DNA of 64,000 nt from the NCBI RefSeq assembly GCF_006345805.1, contig NC_042997.1, forward strand, positions 101,742,001-101,806,000, written 5' to 3'. The position numbers and the translations under genes were made by a program. Below the pieces are notes generated by a model. It did not search any database, was not told the origin of the DNA, and saw only the letters and a list, made by a program, of their open reading frames with translations. Origin of the DNA: Octopus sinensis (lineage: Eukaryota). Of the stretch, positions 49,601-61,600 are shown one piece after another; within the stretch, counting starts at the first letter, position 1, and the number at the start of each line of letters is the position of its first letter.

Positions 49601-52600
49601 TGCCTATTTTAGGTCTGCTTCATTAGGACCTAAATGGTAACCACCACAACAGTATTAGAGAAACAGAATAGGTAAGAATTTAAAAAAAAAGAACTTAAGC
49701 TTCTCAACAAATATTATCTGTATCATTTCTGCTTATCACAACTAGTGTTCGAATGTTATAGTCTCAAAGGGAAATAACTTCGTCTTGAACAAATGTAATC
49801 AATAGAAGAGGAGGTAACAGGTGTTGGGAGCAGATGTGCAAGTGGCAATGGTCAGATATAGAAAATAAAATGAAGAGCATTTTCCTTGTTTCTGCCTGTT
49901 TCTGTCTCTCGTGTTTACTCTTGTGAATTCTTGGTGAAGAAGGATAATAATAATAACAATAATACGGGAGTGCCATGATAGCAGTATGTTAAATGGTCAA
50001 CTGCCCTGAAAGTGACCCGTTGTGGATGGTAGTAGTGATTGAATTCCTGAAACATCTCTTTTGAATGTTTTCTTTATAAAATTTGCATAGGTGTTATTCT
50101 AAACAGCCATAGTGGTAAAGTTAGGAAGGAGGTGGCAGAGAGATTAGAAGACAAAGAAGAAAGAGAAGGGAGAATAAGAAGGAATGTAGGTAGTATGATA
50201 GAAGTAAGGTGTTAAATGGTCAAGTGACCTAAAATTAGCTTGTTATGGATTATAGCAGTGATTGGGACTGTTTTTTAATGAATTCTTAGGAACCTCTTGA
50301 GTGTATCATTTTTAATATTTGTGTGTGTTTGTGTTATTCTAAGGCTGTGTGGATATGTCGTCTGTTGTAGACGCGTTCAAAAGAGGTCTGTATTTTGTAA
50401 TAGAGTCTCTTTACTAATTCATTGGTTACAGGTTGTATCGTCCCTGAATTGGTAGAGGGGGGAAAATTCTGAAGCTTGGATTTTTGTTATTGGCGCAAAT
50501 GTCTATGTGTTGGCTGAATGCTATTTTTCTGTTTTGGGGGATTTTGATCTGGGATCTGTGTAGAGCCATTCTTTTATGTAGACTGTTTTTTATTTGGCCT
50601 ATGTATTGTTCTTGATACTCAGAGCAGGTTAGTGCGTATATCAGGTTCTCTGAAGCACATGTGAAGTTGCTTTTCACTGTGAAACATTGCTCCTGTTTGA
50701 AGGAGAACTCTGATAACATTAAAAAGAAAACTTATGGTTAACAAAATTTCATAAAAAGTGGAAAACAATTCAATAATCTGAAGACTTACACATCAGGTCT
50801 TTGAAAGTAGTTTTATCATGAGTCATCAGGTTATCAATAACAATGCTCCAGTGACATAAGCACTTCAAATCCATTTGGAAAAAACTAGGGTCCATCAGCA
50901 AATCAAATGCTTCCTTTCGCCAAGCCTTTCGTGTATACTGGTAACCACTAATACTGGATAGAAGCTGGGAAGCTGCTCTGAAGCTGGGTATATTGTGGCC
51001 GCTGTGAATAGAAATATATAAACATAAGTAATTTTAAAATGTAATAATTATATGTTTAAAAAAAAGAAGTAATAATTATTACCTTTCTATAATTATCTTG
51101 AAATACACACACACACACACACACATACTTTAATAAAAAAAAAGGCAATGCAGTAATAACAAGAATTGTTTTTGATTTATACACAAGGCCAGAAATTTTG
51201 AGGGGAGGGAATTGACCCCAGTATTTGATTAATACTTTATTTTATTGACCCTGAAAGAACAAAAGATAAAGATGACAGGATTTGAAACCAGAATATATAG
51301 AGGTAGAAAAAAATACTGTATGGAATTTTGTCTGATATGTTAATGATTCCGCCAGCTAGCTGTCTTTCTACCTTTCATTAAGAAAATTTAAGAATTTCAT
51401 TTAACAATCCTTTCTACTATAGGCACAAGGCTTGAAATTATTTAGGGGAGAGGGTTAGTCAATTACACTGACCTCAGTATTCAACTGGTACTTATTTTAT
51501 CAATCCAGAAAAGATGAAAGGCAAAGTCAATCTTGACAGCATTTGAACTTGGAATGTAAAGCTTGAAGAAATGTACTTGCTTGCCACCTTAATTTTGGTT
51601 AATAATAGAAACAAGAAATCTCAGTAGTGACCCTTCTATTACTTCGAAATATTAAACTGTACAGCTAGCTCCAATCCTTAATAAACTCTATAATATTTCT
51701 CTCTCTTTTCAAAGGAATCTATTTCAATCTAGAGACACATGGTATAGGAAGTCCTGTTTTTGAAATGCATATCCTTATGGATCTTGCCATGTACCAATCT
51801 ATGACTCTCATTTCCAACATCACAAAAGTGAAGAAGATAGTCATAAACAACCATCTCTTCTATTCCCTTCCCCTCCATGTTCAGTAACTACCAGTACAGT
51901 TTCCATAGTGCCAGTTCTACTGGAGATTTTCTCCCCTTTGTCATATACCAGTAGTTACTGACTCTCTAAAATTTCAGCACCAGCAATGTTGTTCTTGAAT
52001 CAACAAAGCCATTGACTATGGTTAGCATGAGAACTTCCTTGATAAGCTGCTAGCCTTTGGGATTCATCATGTCTAACTCCCTGGATTGAAATATGTACTG
52101 AAATGGTTCCTCTAACCCATGCTATCAACTCTAATGCTTCTCAAGATTTCATTCTGTCTTCTACACACTTCTTTCTATTGATTAACAACCTCTTACTATC
52201 ACTTCTAATAACATACATCGTTCACTAGACAGTTGTAACCCTCCACATCTAAATCTGATTTAACAACCTCTTGAGAGACTTGCATTACCTCCAAGAACAA
52301 AGATCTACTAAAAGAAAATCGCAATGGACATATGACAGACTAGTTTCCTTCAGCAACACAAAAACAACTGCCATGCATATGAAAGAAAGTCTCACATGGA
52401 CAACATGCAACTAAAGACCCCAAAGCAGTTTTAAATGCCAGACCCCACAATCACTGATGATCATTTGCAGTGACTTCACATTTATAAGATAATTAAAAGT
52501 GCTTTTTCCCTGAAGTAAGGTTGCCACTTCAGGAAAATGCTTCAGTTCTGATGGGAACTTGAAAATAAAAAAAATTTAAGAAATTTGGTTACAACTTCTG

Positions 52601-55600
52601 TCTTTCAGACAATGTTTCTTCTCTCAGCCACTTCTATACCAACTGCCACCACCTCTATCTCTCTAAACTAGTTAACATCATACCACACCATGCTACCTGT
52701 ATCAGGCCTATGGACAGATCTGTCTTTCCTACTCTTGTCCCATTATTTATCACTCAAAAGATCCCACTCAAAATACTTTGCTCAAATATTCCTCCATAAA
52801 GCTACAGAATGCTAGAATTCTTCTCAACTTGTACACATTTTTGTGCTAACAACCTTAAGATGTCCAAGATGGATCTTGGATCTTACTAGTCTAAGAGGGT
52901 TAGCAAAAGTTATAAGCACAGGTTCTCTTCAGCGGAAAGTGTGTGTGCTTTTCTATAAAAGTGAATGCTGAATAGTTAAAAAAACTACAAACCTATGATT
53001 TCTCAAATATGGGAAGACATTGTACATAATAGAAGTTAGGAATGAGGCTATTCTTTCCTTCTCATCGCTGCCATAAACAACATCCAAGAGAGGGGCCGTC
53101 AGCTATATAACAAAGGAAAAAAATTTACATAAATATGTATGTGTATGTATGTATATATACATACGTACATATATAAATTAGAAAAAAAACACCATTTATC
53201 AATTCAACAATGAAAAAATTATATCATATATATATATATATATATATATATACTAGACTACCCATGACCTGTTGGGTCACTGATGGTTCAGGTTATAAAA
53301 CACTGAAGTTGATTTCAACATTGCATTGAAATGAAAGTTAATTTTATGTTGATTCAGTTAAATAGGTCTGGTTTGCAAGTTCATGTTTAAGTTTTCTTAA
53401 TTATTCACAGCATCTAATAGAAATAGAACTTCTGGGATAAACTTGAACTCCAGTAACAGCATTTATTTATGGCATATGTGCACACTTTTACAAAAATGCA
53501 AAATTAATGGAAACAATCTTCCCATTTCAGGGTTATGTTACTTTCGGAGTATTTTCCCATTGTGCACCATTTTGGCTATTTATGAAGCTACCCCAAAAAA
53601 TGGTGTATCTCAGGAATCTGTGGTCCAATTTATGCGAAACTTGTTTTATTCTGTATTTACATTTCAAGGGTACCTTACTTTTAGAATATTTTCCCATTAT
53701 GCACCAGTTTGTCTGTATTAATTACAGACAAGCACACAAACAAAACTAGAATAACTATAGATGTGTACTCTGCACTGACTTTGTTACCTCATAACTTCCA
53801 GAAAATGGATACTTTTTAACAACATTTTCAACAAATACCACTTAGATGCTGGGGATTCAGAGTTTATAGGGATTTATGAGGAAGAATTTTTTCAAGGGGG
53901 TAGGGAGAGGAGTTTCAGAAAATTAACACAATCTGACTTCTTTCCCCTCATAGCTTTCAGGAAAATGGATATCTTTTAATGAAATTTTATACCCAAAACC
54001 TTTCAAATGGCATAGATTACAATTATAAAGAAATTTGTGGGGAAAATGTTTTCTGAGGGGTGGTGATAGGAGTTTCAGATCAGGGAGACCATATAAGTTG
54101 GAACTACTCCGTTTTGATGGGGATTTTACCCATTTTTTTTTTACAACTGTCTTTGAAATGATGTGGGTGGGGAACATCTTTTTATATATATATATATAAC
54201 GAAAAGACATTGGAAAGTAACTAATCTTTTGCTTTTACCTCAGCCAATATGGTTAAAGCCTGTACACAGTATTTCACATCTGTATTTGAATAAAGTTGAG
54301 GCTCAATGACTTTCCTTTCGGCCATATTTGCCAATTCTACATCTGCAATAAAAAGATGAACAATATTTTACAAATCATAAAGTATCATACTGGCACAGTA
54401 ATAAACTATGGAGAGTTTCAATCAATAATAATGATAATAATAATCCTTTCTGCTACAGGTACAAAGCCTGAAATTTTGTGAGAGTGGGCTGGTCGATTTC
54501 ATTGATTTTAGTACTTGACTGGTTCTTATTTTATCAATTCCCAAAAAGATGAAAGGCAAAATTGACCTTGGCAGAATTTGAACTCAGAATGTAAAGATGG
54601 ATGAAATACTGTTCTGCATTTTGTACAGTAATTAGATAAATTACAAACTTATTTGCATTTTAACAAATATCTCAGAGCAAAATTAAGGTTTACATTTTCC
54701 TTTTTGATTTAATGATTAATTAATAATGGCATTTTCCAAAGTCATTTTAAAAACTGTGATACATAAAAATGTTCATAAATATCAAGTTTTTAGGGGAGCA
54801 GTTTTGAAAGAACTTAAACTTTTTGAGCTGTTAACATTTTCTTTTGCTCATTTTGCCCTAAGGAAATAATAAGATTAATAGTCTTGAAAATTTTAACCTA
54901 CCATATTTGCCAGCATATAAGATGTACCCTCACATAAGATGCACCCCTATTTTACAAGTATATTTCATAGTGAAAACAAATTTAAAATGTTTCATCATAC
55001 ACCTTTTGAAAGACATTTAAAGCAGTTTTGTATAAGAAAAATTATGATTCTGTGCATGTAAATACAACGCTGTGTCAGTGTACTGGAATAAAATAAGAAA
55101 CCATAAATTTATTACATTTAAATTACATTATATGAATACTGTATTTCAACTTCATCTTCATTCAGGTTAACTCTATAGTTGTTTATATTTTGATCAAGAG
55201 AACTGCCATATACTATGTGAAACTTATCTGTTTCAATAAGATCTTTTGTGTTACAACAATTGGCCAGTAACAATTATTGTGCCTAGCAAAAATATGTACA
55301 TCTGGCTCTCTAGCCTATGATACTCAGTCCCCACCCTTTTGTAATATAGCTGCAGGAGACACAAGATGGATTTTTTAATAGATACAAAAAATTATAAAAA
55401 GCACATCTTATATGCCGGCAAATATGGCATTTTACCTTAATGCTTACTAAAACATATTTTATAATCAATTTATTGTCCAATAACATTACAAGATAGTAAA
55501 ATAAATAATATGTTTCAAAAGAGTTGGTAAAACTAACCACTTTCTTCAGTTGCTTCACCTTCTTCAGTTTCTAGAATATCAGTTTGAGGTCCTGGTTTCA

Positions 55601-58600
55601 CTGCAAGATTTCTTCGAAGCCAAGTAGTTTGTTCTAAACATAGACCTGCCACTGTGCTCACTGCTTCTACAAGCTTTTGAGCAATATCCTAAAACAGATA
55701 AAAACAAATATTTATATATATATAAAGAGTAAAGTTATAATTAGCAAGAAAACAGACAGAACACATGGGAAATCGATGTTCTGAAATGCTCAGGAGGATC
55801 CCTAGAAGTAGCAGATAGTTTCTGTTATCAAGATGACCTAATTAGCAGTGAAGGAGGATGCTCTGAAAGTATAGTTACTAAAATATGAATTGGCTGGAAA
55901 AAGTTCAGAGAACTTTTACCTCTGTTGGTAACAAAAGGCCTCCTCTCAGAATGAAAGACAGATTGTATGATGCCAGTGTATGAACAGCTATGCTAGTTGG
56001 CTGTGAAACTTGGGCTGTGAATGCAGTAGACATACAAAAACTTGAAATAAATGAAACAAGTATGCTCTGATAGATGTGCAATGTTTGTGTGCATGTATGA
56101 AAAATTACAAATATGTTTAGAGAAAAATTAGGCATTAGGAAGGGCATCCAGCCGTAGAAACATTGCCAAATCAAACTGGGCCTGGTGCAGCCTTCTGGCT
56201 TCCCAGACCCCAGTTGAACCGTCCAACCCATGCTAGCATGGAAAGCAGACGCTAAACGATGATGATGATGATGAAGTATCAGATGTGGTGAACAGGAGAG
56301 AAGATTGCACTAGTATGGTTATGTGATATGTAAAGATGAGAACAGCTGTATAAAGTGCCTAGTGCTAAACATAGCAGAAATATGTGGAAGAGGTAAATCT
56401 AGGAAGACATAGGATGAAGTGAAGATTGACCTCAAAATGTTGAGTCTCTCAAACGAGATGATGGGGGACCATGATGAATGGCATTATGTGGTGCTTGAGA
56501 AGACCCATCCATCTCTACAGAATTGAGGCTCAGTCAAGCCTTCCTCCACAACTCATCTATTTTAATCACCTTCCACTACAGTGTGACCAACTCATTCGCT
56601 ACCTCTAATCATCTGTCACACTATCTTGCAGGTACTTGGCGACCTCACTGGGCTGGTGCCACATAAAAAGCATCTGGTTCATTGTTAAGTGGTTGGTGCT
56701 AGGAAGGGCATCCAGCAGTAGAAACCATGCCAAAGCAGAGAACTTGGTAGAGCCTTGTGGCTCATGTCTTCTTGTTGAAGTGTCCAACCCATACTAGCAT
56801 GGAAAAGGGACGTTAAATGGTGATGATAATGAATTTAAAATTCATTTATTATTATTTACTCTTCAATAAATGTACTGCACTTTGTCGTTAGACAATGCTT
56901 GGAATGACAATTCTCAATTACTAATAGTTAATTAATTAAAGAAGTGTACTGTTAGCACTCTGTTAGCCAAGCACTCCTGGCAAGCTGGGAAGCTGCACCA
57001 GACATATATTCATATATAAATTTAATACATAACTGAAAGAGCTACCAATAATTTCATGCTTTTATGATACTTTTAAGGAGGTATATTGCTTTTGTTTCTT
57101 TCTTCTCATTACATTTTTTGCAGCAACCTTCTTTGCATTTTACTTCATGATTTTCTTTTCTCTTTCTTTATTTTCTCACTGTCCATCATCCTTGTTTTTA
57201 AAATATATATAACGCATAAATACAGCCCGAATGATTGTTTGGAGATACATGGCATATGTTATAAACATACCTAGTTAAAGTATCATAAAAGCATTAAACT
57301 ATTAGTACCTCTTTTGGTTGTATTTTAAATTGATATTTATCTCTCACTGTATGGAGTACTTTTTTTTTTTGCTAATTCTACCTGTGTTAGATCTCTAAGC
57401 AATATAACTGTTGAGAAGTAACAACAGGGTGAAGTATTCAATGCAAATGTAAAGTGCAATACTTTATTTAGACTAATCCGATGGCATATTACCCTAAAAT
57501 ATTTTAAGGATATTTCTACAGAGATTATAGCCAGCACTGATTTATATCCTACAATGTTTCTTATCGAGGCATCAGATGTAAACAAACAATGAGATCGGAG
57601 ACAAAAATGGGTAATGAGTATATATATGCCCCTTCATCAGCACCTGCCTAACCCACACTCATCTCCAAACATGTTGCTTATATAGCCACCACATACAGCA
57701 GTGTTAAGAGGAGACTCCCTTCAGTCATGAATGACCATGGGATTGCACCTAGAAAGTTACCCTCCAAGGCACAAGTCTGGGCAAGATTGTGGAAGGCCAG
57801 CAGTCACCCATGCATACCAGCCTCTCCACTCCACTGATGTTATCCTTGTGGTCATTTACGCACTTGAAATTTATTTCTATTATCTGTCCTATGTCTTGAT
57901 TTAATTTTTTGTCTGAGAGAAATTAGGTATTGTAATGGGTACTGGAAATATCTTCGTTCCTGGATATTACCGGGTAGCTCAGCTAATTGCTTATATAGCC
58001 TTCACATACAGCAGTGTTAAGTTATTGGATATACCAATCTACCATTGTATGCAGTGGCTATATAAACAATGTGTTCTGAGGCAAGAGTGAGTTAGATGGG
58101 TGATGATGAAGGGGCAAAAAACCCTGAAATATGGCATATTACCCATTTTTGTCTCTGATCTCATTGTTTGTTTACATCAGTTGTCTCGATATGAAATGTA
58201 GCAAAAAATCAGTGCTGGTTATAATTTCAGTAGAAATAACCTTAACAAAATTATGCAAAGAGCACAGCTAACACAGTAGAATGTGGTGTTGACTAATAAA
58301 AACATTTAATATACTTTATAGTATATTATAGTTGCATAATGAAATATTACATGCCTACAAGTCATTATATAGTCACTCTAAAGAACTAAAAAAAAAAAAA
58401 TTAAAAAATAAATCCAACCAGTATAGAGTAAGATATACTTTTTTACCTGAATATCTTTTTGGCTTTTTCTATCTTCCATACTTGGTATCCTTTGTACAAA
58501 TTCATTCAAAATCCTGAAGTTAAAAACATACAAATATTTTGAGATCTATCAGCTTGGAAAGATGTAGACTACTTCAAACTGAATATATGCATTTGTCAAA

Positions 58601-61600
58601 ATTATCTTTAACTCTTTAGTATTTAAACTGACAGTATTTGGTTCAAATATTCTGCCTGATTTATGTTCAGACTGAGCCAGATCTGGCCTCTCACACTCAC
58701 CCAACAATGTGATTCTAAAAATAAACATCACTGATGGAGCTACGAGATAATGAAAGATTAATTCAAAACAATGTGAATAAATAGGTATTATATTTGACAG
58801 AGTAATATAATGCTAAAGAGTTAAAGTTAAATAGAGGTTTCAATTTGATGTAGATTATGTATTTATCTGGTGAAATATTTCAAATAAAGTCTTAAAATTG
58901 GCAACAAAAATGTACTTTATTCATGTTGTTATACTAAAATAATCATAATGAATGTGTACAAAAAAACCCCATTCTTTTAACAAACAGATCATTACAATCT
59001 AGAATACTTATAATTAGTGACATAGTGGTGACATTATATATTTTGTAAAAGGCAGCAAGCTGGACTAAATGCTTAGCAGTGTTTTGTTTGTCGCTACATT
59101 CTGAGTTTAAATTCCACCGAGGTCGACTTTATCTTTCATCCTATCAGGGTCGATAAATTAAGTACCAGTTGAGTACTGGAGTCAATGTAACCAACTATTC
59201 CCCTTCCTCCAATTTCAGGCTTTGTGCCTATAATAGAAAAGATTATTTATTCTGTAGCAAATAGTTTTATAGTTTAATCCAGTAGGCTTAAACCATATCA
59301 CCATCATCAATTGATTTCTTTCTAGTTTTTCAAACTAATAAACTGGAGTGGACAAACCCTATTAAACAATAAGATATTAAGTACATAGTTGATAGTGATT
59401 CTCTTAGTGCAACTGTGAACAATGTGAAGCATATAAAATAAAGAGTTCTCAAACATATCAGCTGGGTACTACAAAATTTTGAATTTGTAATTACATACAA
59501 TTTTTATTGTCTTGAAATTTCAATGGTCATTCAACAATTGTGTTGAAACTAAATCACTATCATTTAGTACCCACTTTTTCATGCTTACTTGAACCAGATG
59601 GAGTTTAGTGAGGCAGATTTTTTATGGCCACATGCCCTTTCTGTTGCCAACCTTCAACTGTTTCCAAGCAAGATAATATCTACTCATAGTCTGACATGTT
59701 TTCACTGGAAGACTGGAAATGAACATTGCTTGTATGATGGTAATGCTCATTTATAACCATCATGTGATGTCTAGGCCAGGACATTTACACATACACATAG
59801 TTTCTTTTAGTTTCCACCCATCAAATCCACTCACAGGATTTGGCCAGCTCTGGCTGTAATAGATTTGCCCAAGGTACTATGCAGTGGAACCAAACCCAAG
59901 ACCACATGGCTGGAAAACAAGCTTCTTAACTACACATACATACCTGGGCTGATATCACTAGATATAGCTAAGAACTTTATTTCATTAAGGCCCTAAATTC
60001 GAAACCTGCCAACATCAAGTGTCGTTTGAACAGGGTTAATGAAATAAATACCAGTAATATATTGAAGTTGAAACAATCAATTGTACTCCTCTCCTAAAAA
60101 AAAACAAAAAAACAGAAAAATTTTCACCTATCCCTATGTAAGATGACATACTGATAAATATTATGCTTTGGTAGATCAGGTCAGGTATAGCATATGTGCC
60201 ATTGCAGCATATCTCTGCATCTGCCATTTGTCAGTATATCCTCAGGTCAGCCTGAGCAACCCTCCAAGCAGTGTTCCAGTCAGTTCCCATCTGCTTGAAG
60301 TACTCCCTCAACTGTTGTGACCTCAACTGGTGCATGACCAACCAACACAAGTCATCACCCCAGTCAGATCTACAGAGAAGAAAACATGGTACACAGGATC
60401 CAAATAGGAAAATTGAGCAACATGACCAAACAGTCTGAGCTGACACTCTCAAATCAAACAAGTAACAGGACACTTGCCAGCTTCCGAGTGACTCAATAAT
60501 ATATGTAAAGCTTTAAAAAAGAAATTATGATAAATCACTTGTAACATCGCCAGATTTTTAGTTTTTCATTCGATTACCCTGTTATAGTTTATAGTAGTAT
60601 AATACACTGTCATTATAAAGCAACTCCTTAAAACATTTTTGATGAATCAATTGGTAAATGTATTGTTGCCATATTACTTACTCTAACAACAGAAATAATC
60701 CAGGTGGTGAAAGGTTTAATGCTTGACCTTCTTTTAATAAAGACAATAATGACTGCTTAGAATCCAGAAGCTGTTGCACAGATGCTTGTTGGATATATGC
60801 GTAGAAGAACTGCAACATGTTGATCTCAAGAGAAACAGATTTCTAAATAATGAAAGCAAATAAATTACAATATAATCATGAATATAAAAAAAAACAAAAA
60901 AACTATTCAACTAAACATATTTTTTTAACAAGAAAGGAAACAGTAAGAACTAATATAATCTTTAAAGTAGCATCATGTAGGTTGAAGAATAATTATTTCA
61001 ATATGTCCATATTTTATGGATAGATCTAAAAAAGTATGACTCAGTGTATTTTACAAAACAAAACTGATAAAGGTGGCCAAAATTAAAAGCAGTGATTCGT
61101 AATTAAAAGATAAGCATAGGAATATGATGACATACAAGTAGGATAAATATGAAATTCCATAAATTCCAAATGTATTCATGCATATAAGAAGCATTTGTCT
61201 AAAACGTGTAGGAATAGTTATGGGTAAGAAAATACTGGAAAAAATATCTTCCATGTATAAAATGTACAGACTTCTCATGATGTATAGAAAAAAAAAATAG
61301 AGTTTACTTGGATTTCTCATGGTTAGATATCCTTCTATGATAATGGGAAAACAATTTAGTTAATTTGGGCCATGATGGAAAAGAAGGGGACAATCAAGAA
61401 AGAATTGGAAGTACATTATGAACAGCAGTGTATAACAACTGTTAGTCTGATTGATACAGTGATACAGTTACAATTATTTTGATTGTTGTGTAAAATACAC
61501 TGAAATACTTCAGAAGACAAAAAACAAATTCAAGAGTGACCTTCGAACTTCACAGAAGTGAAATATAAAAGTGCATCTGGTGTAGAATCAACATTGTGGA

